Notes under the pieces: model-generated | Told to the model about the DNA's origin: nothing | Databases searched by the model: none | The model's input: only the letters and a program-made list of their open reading frames with translations | Shown: one piece after another, positions 49,100 through 58,096 of the stretch | Position numbering within the stretch: the stretch's first letter is position 1 | How the letters are laid out: every line of letters starts with the position of its first letter | Position numbers and translations under genes: made by a program | IMG/VR virus record: IMGVR_UViG_3300037791_000006 | Location: 2,530-66,529 of that record | Source: a virus | Direction: 5' to 3' (one strand) | Length of the DNA: 64,000 bases

Positions 49100-49944
49100 G
49101 ACCCTGCGACCTCGCGCAGCTTGCGGTCCTGGATGAAACCGCTGAGGTTACCGTGAAGCCCAGGGCGTTCCCACCCTTCAAGGCCGCCGCTCATCGGGCA
49201 ACGAACGCGCCTGTCAGACGTGGCCTGATGCTCGAACGGGGACCAATGGTGCTGCCCGATGAGCCGTCGCGCCAACTCCAAGTCACGGGAAATGACCGGC
49301 TCGCTCTGATCGTGGTTCAGGTATGATGCGCGAGCGCACCGCGCCCCGCTCACCTTACGCAAGATGTCGGTATGGAAATTCAGCCGTTCCTCGACACCGA
49401 TGAGCGGTAGATGCCAATCACCGTGGGCGAGCCGGATCGGCACAGAAGCGTTGAACGCCTCGCGAACCGCAACTGCGAACTCCCGTATGGTCGGGTCGGC
49501 GTCGTCGTGAATGCGAAGATCGAAGAAGGACTGCCAGTCCGTGCCGCTGATAATCTCCACGGTGTGAGTCCAAGGTTCGATGATCCGATTTGCCACTTGC
49601 TTGTGGGCACCTGCTTTCGAGGCGACCCAGGCAAATCCTGCCGCCGCATAACCGGCTGCAAACCACGCGCCACGCGCAGTTGCCCGTCGCCAACCAAGAA
49701 GCGGCCCACCGGCCTGCATACCGGGCCGATTTGCACCGAACTCAACAGGCTCCGCCATGTCCGAGACCGTGTTGCGCAGCATACGGGACACGGGGATCGC
49801 GCGAGAAGAGCTGACCGAATGCGAGAGAGGGCGATGCCGCAAGACCTCGGAATGGATGATCCGGGGGTAGACCGCGCGAATGGTGGTCATTCTGTCCCCG
49901 TATTGGTTGATGGAGTCGGCCAGCACCGTCGCGGAAATCGTCAT
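49096..49944 (-). CDS. thyX: flavin-dependent thymidylate synthase (ThyX-like)
   Basis: RHRPLSHSVSSSR motif, KQVANR, HWSPFEH. Confidence 0.75.
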   Translation of the reverse strand: MTISATVLADSINQYGDRMTTIRAVYPRIIHSEVLRHRPLSHSVSSSRAIPVSRMLRNTVSDMAEPVEFGANRPGMQAGGPLLGWRRATARGAWFAAGYAAAGFAWVASKAGAHKQVANRIIEPWTHTVEIISGTDWQSFFDLRIHDDADPTIREFAVAVREAFNASVPIRLAHGDWHLPLIGVEERLNFHTDILRKVSGARCARASYLNHDQSEPVISRDLELARRLIGQHHWSPFEHQATSDRRVRCPMSGGLEGWERPGLHGNLSGFIQDRKLREVAGS

Positions 49945-50195
49945 CCCAACAAGTCCTCAAAATCGTCGTTTGCGGTGGTTTTTTCGCGGGGCACCTGCGG
50001 TTGCCCTGCATCCTGATCCATCAAGTCCCGCAGAGCCGCTTCGGCGGTGTCTCCTGCCCCATGATGCGGGCTGAGGTTTCGCGTCCTCGATGTGCGTAGC
50101 GCCGTGAAGTTCCCGAAAACCGAGTGCTTCCCGACGATCACTGAGTCCAGGTCGTGTTCATCCATGTAGGTTTCGAGTTCGGAAAATGCAGTCAT
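49941..50195 (-). CDS. small protein ending DDFEDLLG
   Basis: ATGA-coupled ORF. Confidence 0.7.
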   Translation of the reverse strand: MTAFSELETYMDEHDLDSVIVGKHSVFGNFTALRTSRTRNLSPHHGAGDTAEAALRDLMDQDAGQPQVPREKTTANDDFEDLLG

Positions 50196-50434
50196 CCCAG
50201 CAACCCCCCTAGGTCGTCATCTGCTTCGAGCGGTGCTTCGGGATCGTCGTCCACAAGCCCGGCATTGATGAGCGCCTGACGGAGAGTTCTCGCAGGCTTC
50301 GCCTCGTCCCAATGCAGCTTCACCGCGCCATCCTTTGTAGCCACTCGCACATCGCCATTCGGCAAGAAGCGGATGGCGAGCCTGTCGCCCCGCATTCTCA
50401 CCCGAGACGTCAATTCATCGAAAGGATCGCTCAT
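50192..50434 (-). CDS. small protein ending DDDLGGLLG
   Basis: ATGA-coupled ORF. Confidence 0.7.
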   Translation of the reverse strand: MSDPFDELTSRVRMRGDRLAIRFLPNGDVRVATKDGAVKLHWDEAKPARTLRQALINAGLVDDDPEAPLEADDDLGGLLG

Positions 50435-50694
50435 CCCAAGAGGCCCCCGGTAAGGTCGTAGTCGTCATCAAGGGACTGGGGTTCAGGCGCCCTGTCGGAC
50501 CAAGGCTTGAACGATTGCAATGCGCAATCCAAAGCCCGGTCAAATGTCTCTTGCTCGGTCCCGCAACACCAGCCACCAGCTTTTCTGCGCAGATTGACCT
50601 TCCACCCCTCGCGCGACCCGTCAGGTGGGAACACCGTCATTGCGGTGGCCCCTATCTCCGTCAGTGTGCCGCCTATGTCGCGAGGGGTGCCCAT
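50431..50694 (-). CDS. small protein ending DDDYDLTGGLLG
   Basis: ATGA-coupled ORF. Confidence 0.7.
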   Translation of the reverse strand: MGTPRDIGGTLTEIGATAMTVFPPDGSREGWKVNLRRKAGGWCCGTEQETFDRALDCALQSFKPWSDRAPEPQSLDDDYDLTGGLLG

Positions 50695-50697
50695 AGT

Positions 50698-51033
50698 TCA
50701 CCCGAGCAAGTCGTCAAAACCGTCATCGTCACCGGCGTCGGTTTCGTCCAAGTCGCCCATCAGGTCATCCGCATCATCACAGGTTGCCTGACTGGCGTCA
50801 TCGGACCCTTCGGCACCGGTAAGCACACCGTCCCCCTCAGCCATGAGGATACCGTCATCCGTCAGGATGAGGTTGGATTCGACGTTCTTGTGATCCCCGA
50901 ACGCTTCGAGAGTGTCCGAGACAAATGCCGTCTTCTGGACCGGGATGAGGACGACTTCCCCTGCGAGAGTCGCTTGGACGCGGATCGTCCCCTTGTGTCC
51001 GCGGATCGCGGATCGCAGTTCACCGAGTTTCAT
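50698..51033 (-). CDS. small acidic protein ending DDGFDDLLG
   Basis: AGGAG RBS. Confidence 0.7.
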   Translation of the reverse strand: MKLGELRSAIRGHKGTIRVQATLAGEVVLIPVQKTAFVSDTLEAFGDHKNVESNLILTDDGILMAEGDGVLTGAEGSDDASQATCDDADDLMGDLDETDAGDDDGFDDLLG

Positions 51034-51053
51034 TGGTTTCTCCTGATGAGTTG

Positions 51054-51374
51054 TCAGTAGTCGCTGATGGCCATTCCGAGGGCTTCGCGATACATTTGCA
51101 GGACCGCTTCTTCTTCCGACAGATCGTCCTTGTCGCGTTTGCGCTCGGCGATGAGCTTGCGCATGACCTTCGTGTCGTAGCCGCGTGCCTTGGCTTCGGC
51201 GAAGACTTCCTTGATGTCGTCCGCAATCTCTTTCTTCTCGATTTCGAGGCGTTCGACGCGCTCAATGAAGCTGCGCAGTTCCCCTGCCGTGACCTTGTAG
51301 GAGTCGTCGGCGGATTTGGTTTCCCCCGTCAAATCTTCTTCAAGTTCGGGTCCATCGTTGGAAGGATATGCCAT
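51054..51374 (-). CDS. gapR: GapR-like nucleoid-associated protein (DUF2312)
   Basis: LRSFIERVERLE.EKKEIADDIKEVFAEAKARGYDTK. Confidence 0.9.
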   Translation of the reverse strand: MAYPSNDGPELEEDLTGETKSADDSYKVTAGELRSFIERVERLEIEKKEIADDIKEVFAEAKARGYDTKVMRKLIAERKRDKDDLSEEEAVLQMYREALGMAISDY

Positions 51375-51455
51375 CTTGTATTTTCACCCTTGCTTAGTGT
51401 TTCTCACATTAAACGTGATTTTGTGGGGCGTCAACGCATAACGCCCTACGCGATG

Positions 51456-52721
51456 TCAGTTTTCACCGACGTAATTGTAGCTGGTCAAGTAACGGAGGAA
51501 GTCGCCCCGCAGCCCCTTTGGGATGTCCGGCACCTTCTTGTGGCCGTGGTAGTCCAAGAACCGCTTCACCCATTTGTTCCGACGCTCATCTCCCAGGGCC
51601 AGGAAGTCTCGTGCCATTTCCGTCACGACTCCTTCGGAAGGCTCAAGGGCGATAACCTGCGTGTCCCCGCTTTCCAAGAAAGGCGCTTTGGGTTTCGGAT
51701 GCCGATCAAAGATGGCTGTCACAACCTTCTGCATTTCCTCGCGCCAATGGTCCAGTTTTGCCTTGGGCGGGCGGTCATCGTTCAACATGTCCTGGATCAT
51801 GGCATCGCGCAGCACGACAAGCGAGCAAATGGCCTTGGTGACATGGGAAAGATCGGAGTCCTGATCGTAGTCCTCCCCTTCCCACCATTGCATGATATGA
51901 CCAATGGCGGCGTCCACGTAAACCGAAGCCGCCACCCCAGCCACGCGGTAGTTATGGCGACCGTATTTCCTTGCGCCTTCGAGCATACCGACGCCAACCT
52001 CGTTCATCACGGTCATGGGGACGCAGGAGAATTGACGGAACTTCTTGGTCCCAACAGCGTCTTTCGGATTCGTCGCCTTCTGGTCTGCGGCGAAATCCTC
52101 GATCGCACGGTCGAATTCCTTCGGCTCCATGTGGCGAAACATGATGGGTTCTTCTGTGGCCGCAGCCAAGATTTCTTCGTCGTCAAAGTCGCGCTCGGTA
52201 GCCCCCCAGTTCGCGGCTTCGAGGGACATTTTCCAGGAGTCCTCGTCCATGACCGGAATCCCGAGTTCCCGCGCCTTTTTGAGTTTTGAACCGGCCCCAT
52301 CGCCCGCTACCACGAGGTTACAGTGCTTGCCCACAGACCCGCTAACCTTCCACCCCGCTTTCTCGGACATGGACTTGGCTTCCGCGCGCGTGACGGTGTG
52401 AAGGGTGCCTGTGAAGGCCACGACCGTTTGCACCGGCCCGATCCCATTGTCCGTGCGAACGTATCCGACCTTCTGCCAGTCCAAGATGAATTCCTCTGCG
52501 GTGCAGACGCGAACGCCTGCGGCACGTGCCCAGTCGGACAAGGTGGTCACACGCCCGGTCGCGCTTTCTCCGAGGATGAAAACCTTGACGTTCTCGGAAA
52601 TGTTCTGCGTTACGCGGAATCCTTCGACCTCCGCAATGGTGCGGATCTCGTCGCGCTGACTCGGAGTCACGCCCACGAGCAAGATGCCAGGTGTCTGTTT
52701 CGTTTCCATTTTCGGCCTCAT
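51456..52721 (-). CDS. tandem BRCT + dATP/dGTP diphosphohydrolase (DUF5664-like) fusion
   Basis: FTGTL...[18 protein letters not shown]; [10 protein letters not shown]...GED.D.DS.LSH. Confidence 0.75.
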   Translation of the reverse strand: MRPKMETKQTPGILLVGVTPSQRDEIRTIAEVEGFRVTQNISENVKVFILGESATGRVTTLSDWARAAGVRVCTAEEFILDWQKVGYVRTDNGIGPVQTVVAFTGTLHTVTRAEAKSMSEKAGWKVSGSVGKHCNLVVAGDGAGSKLKKARELGIPVMDEDSWKMSLEAANWGATERDFDDEEILAAATEEPIMFRHMEPKEFDRAIEDFAADQKATNPKDAVGTKKFRQFSCVPMTVMNEVGVGMLEGARKYGRHNYRVAGVAASVYVDAAIGHIMQWWEGEDYDQDSDLSHVTKAICSLVVLRDAMIQDMLNDDRPPKAKLDHWREEMQKVVTAIFDRHPKPKAPFLESGDTQVIALEPSEGVVTEMARDFLALGDERRNKWVKRFLDYHGHKKVPDIPKGLRGDFLRYLTSYNYVGEN

Positions 52722-52948
52722 GTGATGTGTTCGCTAATGCTGAAATCGCACTGGTCGAGTGCGAAATCTCGGGTCGCGTTCTTGTCGTGATCGAACGCGG
52801 TCATGATCCACTGCGGCTCCGGGTGGTATTCCGTGGTCCCGAACCACGTTGACGACGGCGTGGCACATCGCACGCTCGGCTCGCCCCGGTAGTTCGTGTA
52901 GGCGAAGCGCAGTGTCTTTTCAGAAAGCGGGCGAGTGGGCTGCGCCAT
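52718..52948 (-). CDS. stand-alone WYL-like protein
   Basis: YTNYRGE.S.R...QW...AFDHDK.ATRDF. Confidence 0.65.
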   Translation of the reverse strand: MAQPTRPLSEKTLRFAYTNYRGEPSVRCATPSSTWFGTTEYHPEPQWIMTAFDHDKNATRDFALDQCDFSISEHIT

Positions 52949-53168
52949 GATGACTCCTTTTCATTTCCTCGTAGACTGCCGGATGGACGACGAGTCTGCC
53001 CATCAGGACATAAGCGCCGGGTCGAACCACCAACCAACTCCCGTATTTCCCGATCACGCGGCGGCGGCGGCGCTTGGTGTTTTTCTTGTCAGGGAACCTC
53101 GGGACGGTATTCGTGGCGTTCGAAGAAATATGGACACGCAGGCCCTTGTAGGTCTCGAAACCGCTCAT
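52920..53168 (-). CDS. hypothetical basic protein
   Basis: ATGA-coupled ORF. Confidence 0.5.
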   Translation of the reverse strand: MSGFETYKGLRVHISSNATNTVPRFPDKKNTKRRRRRVIGKYGSWLVVRPGAYVLMGRLVVHPAVYEEMKRSHHGAAHSPAF

Positions 53169-53392
53169 CGCCCCGTCCTTTCGAGCAGCCGCCCAATCCG
53201 AGCCGACTCCGCACCTGCGTCCTGTGCCACCCACGGCACGCGCGATGAACGAGGGCGCCCGTCAACGCGATAGAGAAGGTTCGAGCCGTGACAGAGACCT
53301 TCTGCCGACATATAGGCGACGGGCACGATCTTCATTCCGGTGACCCTGAGATTTTGACCCCCTGCCCCTTTTCGGAATATCTGGTCCACCAT
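53165..53392 (-). CDS. hypothetical protein
   Basis: packed operon. Confidence 0.5.
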   Translation of the reverse strand: MVDQIFRKGAGGQNLRVTGMKIVPVAYMSAEGLCHGSNLLYRVDGRPRSSRVPWVAQDAGAESARIGRLLERTGR

Positions 53393-54093
53393 CAGAACGC
53401 CTTCCCTCCGGCCGCCGCGCGGTTCTTTTTCTTGTGGTCGGGACGAATAAGGTTGAAGCGCATCTTGGCAATAATTGCCCCTCCGAGGTCGTATTCGCGA
53501 TGGCCGGATGTGTCTGCGATCCGAACAAGCGTGTCGGCAAACTCGACCTCCTGGCCGCAGCGATCCGGCAGCTTGTCGTCAACCATGCTCTTACGCTCTG
53601 CTTCAAACGCTTCCGTGATTTCGGAAACCATCAACATGCAACGCTCACCAAAGTTCATTTCCTTCGGCGTCCCGTCCGACAAATTGTGATACCATCCGGC
53701 ATCCATGGCGCGACGATGGGACAGGGCGCAGAGCGCGTTCACGCCCTCGTAGATCGCGCGTTCCTCGTCGCTCATGTTCGGCGGCTCACCACCGGCACAG
53801 AGATACCATTTCGAGGCTTCTTCCATCGCGTCTGTATAGTGGATGAGGCGGGCGTTCCCGGTCAGGCTTTCGAGGTCGCTCAAGTCGAAACCCACTGCGA
53901 CAAGGACAGGGTCTCCGAACTTGGTGCGCGCAACGGTTTCCAGGCACTTCAAATCAGTGTCGTTTCGACCGGTCGAGTTGCCCGTGCGAAGCCATGCTTC
54001 GCAGCCAAACGCAAGGCGCATCAGCTCCAATTGAGTCTCGTCGGCCCAGTCCCCATCGCCGTAGACAATGATGTCAGTTTTCCTTGTGGTCAT
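53392..54093 (-). CDS. MazG-like NTP pyrophosphohydrolase
   Basis: LMVSEITEAFEAERK...EFADTLVRIAD...KMRFN. Confidence 0.75.
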   Translation of the reverse strand: MTTRKTDIIVYGDGDWADETQLELMRLAFGCEAWLRTGNSTGRNDTDLKCLETVARTKFGDPVLVAVGFDLSDLESLTGNARLIHYTDAMEEASKWYLCAGGEPPNMSDEERAIYEGVNALCALSHRRAMDAGWYHNLSDGTPKEMNFGERCMLMVSEITEAFEAERKSMVDDKLPDRCGQEVEFADTLVRIADTSGHREYDLGGAIIAKMRFNLIRPDHKKKNRAAAGGKAF

Positions 54094-54713
54094 AGTGGTG
54101 CCCTCTTGTCGATAAACTGTTGAAATTGTTCGCTGATTGCCTGCACGGCTTCCCAGTTCGGTTCGGTCAGCCATTGCTGCATTCCGGGACCACTGCGCAG
54201 GTGCAGTGTCTTGTGGTATTCGGTGACGTTCCGCAGCCCTTTGTCGGCGTTACCGAGGGCCTTCATCACCGCGTAAGCCGCCCACGGGTGCGGTGGACCA
54301 CTGGCAATGCAAAAGCGGCGGGTGCGGTTCGCATTGCGGAAGTATTTGTAGACGCGGGTTTTGCCGTCCGCGATCATGCCCCAGTCGCTCGCGATGAGGT
54401 AGGAACCTTCGACCGGATGGCCCAGTTTTGGGAGGCCGTGCATCGTAACCACGCAACGCATCGGTTGCTCTTTGAACGGTTTGCGCAGATCGGCCCATTG
54501 GTAACCTGCCTTCCGCGTTATTTCCCCGTGGGCGCGGGTCCGCACAACGACAACGATCCTAGCGCCGTCACCCTTGAACATCACCGCACGGTCGCGCGTG
54601 CCGGTCCCCATGGGGCAAATGATGTATGGCCGAGCCGGGTCAGGTTCGACGGAACCGTCGATCTCGCGCAAAGCCGCGATGTCCCATTCCTCGATTTGAT
54701 CGCTGGTGAGCAT
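54090..54713 (-). CDS. hypothetical protein
   Basis: GGAGG RBS; packed operon. Confidence 0.6.
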   Translation of the reverse strand: MLTSDQIEEWDIAALREIDGSVEPDPARPYIICPMGTGTRDRAVMFKGDGARIVVVVRTRAHGEITRKAGYQWADLRKPFKEQPMRCVVTMHGLPKLGHPVEGSYLIASDWGMIADGKTRVYKYFRNANRTRRFCIASGPPHPWAAYAVMKALGNADKGLRNVTEYHKTLHLRSGPGMQQWLTEPNWEAVQAISEQFQQFIDKRAPL

Positions 54714-54714
54714 G

Positions 54715-54975
54715 TCAGCCTCCCACCCGCTGAAACGTGGTGCTTTGCAAGAGGTCAAGTTCGGCTTGCAGCTCAGCACATCGCTCTGCGCGCATGGTCT
54801 CAGCCTTCACCTTTGCCTCGTCCCATGTCGTCGCGAAGTTGTCGGAATGCAGAACCTTCTTCTCCATGCCGCTGCCGACAATGGCCTCCCCTTTCGGGGT
54901 GACGGTTGCCATGCGGCATTCGATGCTGCCCGTGCGCAGCGTGTCAGCAACGATAAAAATGCGCTTGGATTTCAT
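54715..54975 (-). CDS. hypothetical protein
   Basis: ATGA overlap. Confidence 0.55.
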   Translation of the reverse strand: MKSKRIFIVADTLRTGSIECRMATVTPKGEAIVGSGMEKKVLHSDNFATTWDEAKVKAETMRAERCAELQAELDLLQSTTFQRVGG

Positions 54976-55163
54976 TTCCGTTTTCTCCGTGATTTCCTAC
55001 TCGGCGGGGGCGGACCCACGTGCCACCCTCCGCAGAACCGGCACCGATAAGCGGTCATCGGAACCTTTGATTTCCTTGCTATTTTCCCAGCCGTCGCCCT
55101 GTCTAACTTTTGCTTTCCATGGCACGCTGCGGCTTCAACGCTGTCCATAAAATCACCTTTCAC
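54972..55163 (-). CDS. small Zn-finger protein
   Basis: CHGK...AYRCRFCGGWHVG. Confidence 0.6.
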   Translation of the reverse strand: MKGDFMDSVEAAACHGKQKLDRATAGKIARKSKVPMTAYRCRFCGGWHVGPPPPSRKSRRKRK

Positions 55164-55747
55164 GTGACTTCATTGGCAAGAGAAATGATGTCATCCCATT
55201 CCGAGACCCACCGGATCGTCGGCTCGGAATCTTCCCGGTCGCGCTGATTGTGGGATCGGTGGATCATGAACGTGTGATGCCCGGCAGAATGGCCTGCGAC
55301 GGCATTCGCATAGTTGTCCTCGACCCAGATGCAGCCTTTGGGATAGTGTATGAGCGCGTTTGACTTATCGAACCCAAGCGGCAAACACACGATGCGCTCG
55401 AATACATCGCCGAAGCAGCGTCGTAGGTTGGCATGTCGCATCTCACGGGCTTCCGACGCCGAAGAGCAGGACGTAATGACGTGCAGGCGATGACCGTCCC
55501 CAACCAATTGGGCGACCCCCCTCAAGGCATTGTGGCAGGGCCAGATATTCCCGAATGCCGGGGAATGGTTGAACTCGTCTACAAGAGCAAACACCTGGTC
55601 GCGATCTACTCCAATCCACTCCGCCAAATCCCAGTGCTTCGGGCCGCTCGCACAGGGTTTCGTGCCGAGGCGCGTAGCGCAAAAGCGAGCGAACGCGCGA
55701 TCCCACTCCAACAGAACACCGTCACAATCCAAGAGAACCGTCGCCAT
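55160..55747 (-). CDS. HAD-family 5'(3')-deoxyribonucleotidase-like
   Basis: LLDCDGVL, ITS, K, WVEDN. Confidence 0.8.
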   Translation of the reverse strand: MATVLLDCDGVLLEWDRAFARFCATRLGTKPCASGPKHWDLAEWIGVDRDQVFALVDEFNHSPAFGNIWPCHNALRGVAQLVGDGHRLHVITSCSSASEAREMRHANLRRCFGDVFERIVCLPLGFDKSNALIHYPKGCIWVEDNYANAVAGHSAGHHTFMIHRSHNQRDREDSEPTIRWVSEWDDIISLANEVT

Positions 55748-56136
55748 CACTTCGAATCCTCCGCCATTGAACGAAGGTTCTTCGGCAAGTGCTCCCAAAT
55801 CTCGCAGGCACTTTCCACGTCGCGAATTTTTCCAAGGGCATCCCCGAGCCGCCGGACCTTTTGGAGCGTCCGCCAATCCCTGCGCTCTGCTTCGATTTCG
55901 GCCACCAGTGCATCGCTCTTGTGGGCGATGAATGTGTGCCCACCGTAGTAAGTGAGCTCGCCGGTTCTCGTTCCGTCCTGCCGCCATTGTCTGTCCATCC
56001 CTTCGAGGACAAAGCGGCCGGTTTTATGAACCTTCTTGACCTTGTGGACCGTGTAAGAACGCGGCATATGCCACTGCGGGCGCGAGATTTTCAGAACCTC
56101 ATCACCGGCTACGAACGGCTTCTTGTCGTGGGTCAT
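55747..56136 (-). CDS. hypothetical protein
   Basis: GGAG RBS; operator/promoter upstream. Confidence 0.6.
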   Translation of the reverse strand: MTHDKKPFVAGDEVLKISRPQWHMPRSYTVHKVKKVHKTGRFVLEGMDRQWRQDGTRTGELTYYGGHTFIAHKSDALVAEIEAERRDWRTLQKVRRLGDALGKIRDVESACEIWEHLPKNLRSMAEDSK

Positions 56137-56215
56137 CCGCACATCTCCGTTTTCACTTTTTACGTGACTATTGATTTACATCTTCGGGTGGACCTGTCAA
56201 ATCCAAATCCTCCCC

Positions 56216-56341
56216 TTTTCCCCGAGACTCCTATTTCCCCGAGACTCCTATTTCCCCGAGGGGTCGCCCCCGCGTGCCCGCGCGTAGGTGTGCCCGCGCG
56301 TAGGTGTGCCCGCGGGTAGGTGTGCCCGCGCGTAGGTGTGC
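56216..56341 (+). repeat. tandem arrays: TTTCCCCGAGACTCCTA x3 and CCCGCGCGTAGGTGTG x4
   Basis: read directly from the sequence. Confidence 0.9.
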
Positions 56342-56479
56342 GTTTGCAAGCGGTTGTGTGTTTTCGTGCAGGTGGTTCCCAGGTAGCCTGGACGCCGCTC
56401 GACGTGCCGGGCCGCGACCGGTGCGCCCTCGACGATCTCCCCAGGGGGTGACCGGTGCTGGCGGCGATTTTTTCGAGAT

Positions 56480-56564
56480 AGTCACGTCTTGACTTGCCGG
56501 GGCATTAGTTTCACTTTTTGTGTGCAAGTCACGAATCAACAGACGAAAGGAATCTGGAAAAATG
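56480..56564 (+). promoter_or_regulatory. early promoter cassette copy 1 (diverged)
   Basis: AGTCACGTCTTGACTTGCC...TAGTTTCACTTTT...GAAAGGAA...ATG. Confidence 0.75.
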
Positions 56565-57509
56565 GCTTACTTGCTTGAAGACGAGACCCGCATAATTCGC
56601 GGCACCGGCGGCACGGTTTGCCGCGTGCAATGGTTTGCGGACCCCGACCCGTTCAAGCCGTGGGAAGGTGACGGCGCGGTGCCGCTCATTTCCACCGGCG
56701 GCCGGCGGGGACTGGATACCGACCCGGCGCGCGGTTTCGACCTCCTGAATCCCCTGCCCTATCTGAGCGACTCCAAAATCGCCGCCGGGTTGCCGAAGCT
56801 AGCCGAAGACTTCCGCCCCTATGGGATGTGGAATCCGCAAAGCCTCTACTCTGACGCCAAATCCTTTGACCAATTCGTCAGAGAGGAATTTTGCGAAAAC
56901 TACGGTTTCACGCTGCGCGAAGGGCGGCGCGAATTCCTGGCCGATATTCTCGGAAGCGGTGAGGACTCGCAAACCTTCTTGGAATTCGTCGCGGCGCTCT
57001 GGCAGTTGGCAGGCGTCCCGGCAAAGGTCAAGGAGTCGCGCGGTTACTGTCAAGGCGACTGGGCCGCGCTGCTTATCGTTGCACACCCGGAAGCCGTCAA
57101 AGCGTGGGGATTTGAGCAAAAGGACGGGCGCCCGAATTGGCGGCGCTATCGCAAAAATTGCCCCAACGATCTTGACCGCGCCGCCGAAACTTGGGGCGCG
57201 TGGGCTTGGGGCGGCGGCGTTGTCGGCTACAAGGTGCAAGAGATTGACGCCGAAGACGTGCCGGACCTCGAAGACGACGAAAACGGGCCGGACGGCGTGA
57301 CCGTCGACTCGTGCTGGGGTTTCTACCCTGACAAGGGTCAAGACGCCTTCGACCTGGACGACTCCCACGCTTACGCCATCGAACGGGCGACAGAGGCCGC
57401 GCTTGACCATGTGGGCACCCGAGACGACGAAAAGGCGACCGCGTGGGCGGCGGCAATGTATGCAGCGCGCCCCGACCTTGCGCCCGTAGAGCTGGGGGGC
57501 TTGGCATGA
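56562..57509 (+). CDS. early hypothetical protein (GYCQGD / DSCWGFY motifs)
   Basis: AAGGA RBS; 315 aa. Confidence 0.75.
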   Translation: MAYLLEDETRIIRGTGGTVCRVQWFADPDPFKPWEGDGAVPLISTGGRRGLDTDPARGFDLLNPLPYLSDSKIAAGLPKLAEDFRPYGMWNPQSLYSDAKSFDQFVREEFCENYGFTLREGRREFLADILGSGEDSQTFLEFVAALWQLAGVPAKVKESRGYCQGDWAALLIVAHPEAVKAWGFEQKDGRPNWRRYRKNCPNDLDRAAETWGAWAWGGGVVGYKVQEIDAEDVPDLEDDENGPDGVTVDSCWGFYPDKGQDAFDLDDSHAYAIERATEAALDHVGTRDDEKATAWAAAMYAARPDLAPVELGGLA

Positions 57510-57835
57510 CTTGGCTTGTCTATAGCGGGGGCGGCAGCTCCGGGGCCTTTCACCATTTTGAGGAAGCCGAAGACCTAGCGCACGCGCTTGAAATTGCGAG
57601 CTATGCCTTGGAAGCCGCTAACGAATTCGCCGCGCGCATGGGTTGGACTCCGTATTGGGCCGAGCTGGTGGAGATTCGCCGGTGCCCGGTCGCAGTCTGG
57701 CGCGAGTGGTGGCGGGACTCGGACGCCGTGGCGGCGCGCTCTGCGCTGCACCTGGACGCCGCCGCAATCCGCAAGCGCCTTGATCTGCCCCAGCCGACCG
57801 CGCCGCGCCCCGTGCCGAAGGGAGTCGCCGCATGA
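57506..57835 (+). CDS. hypothetical protein
   Basis: ATGA-coupled. Confidence 0.6.
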   Translation: MTWLVYSGGGSSGAFHHFEEAEDLAHALEIASYALEAANEFAARMGWTPYWAELVEIRRCPVAVWREWWRDSDAVAARSALHLDAAAIRKRLDLPQPTAPRPVPKGVAA

Positions 57836-58035
57836 CCGGCCCGCCCGAAGGGTTGCGGCAAGCACGGGAAGCGGCCGGAATGAGCCAAGCCGCCGCCGGT
57901 CGCATCATAGGACGCACGCAAAGCCATTTCGGCAAAATCGAAAGGGGCGAGTCCGTGTTGACTGCGCCGGATGCGGTGAAACTGGGGCGAGCTCTGCGCG
58001 CAACCGTGGAGTCCTTCTATCAAGTCACGTCTTGA
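57832..58035 (+). CDS. XRE HTH protein
   Basis: LRQAREAAGMSQ...KIERGE. Confidence 0.8.
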   Translation: MTGPPEGLRQAREAAGMSQAAAGRIIGRTQSHFGKIERGESVLTAPDAVKLGRALRATVESFYQVTS

Positions 58036-58096
58036 CTTGCCCCTAGTTTCACTTTTAGTGTGAAAGTCACAGAGAATCACGAAAGGAAAGCCAATG
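58023..58096 (+). promoter_or_regulatory. 74-bp early promoter/RBS cassette copy 2
   Basis: TTGACT -35, TAGTGT -10, operator and RBS; identical to 59887-59960. Confidence 0.85.

Noticed and set aside
51456-54093. 2-aminoadenine (Z) genome pathway
   Set aside because: No PurZ/adenylosuccinate-synthase-like ORF is visible in the window.
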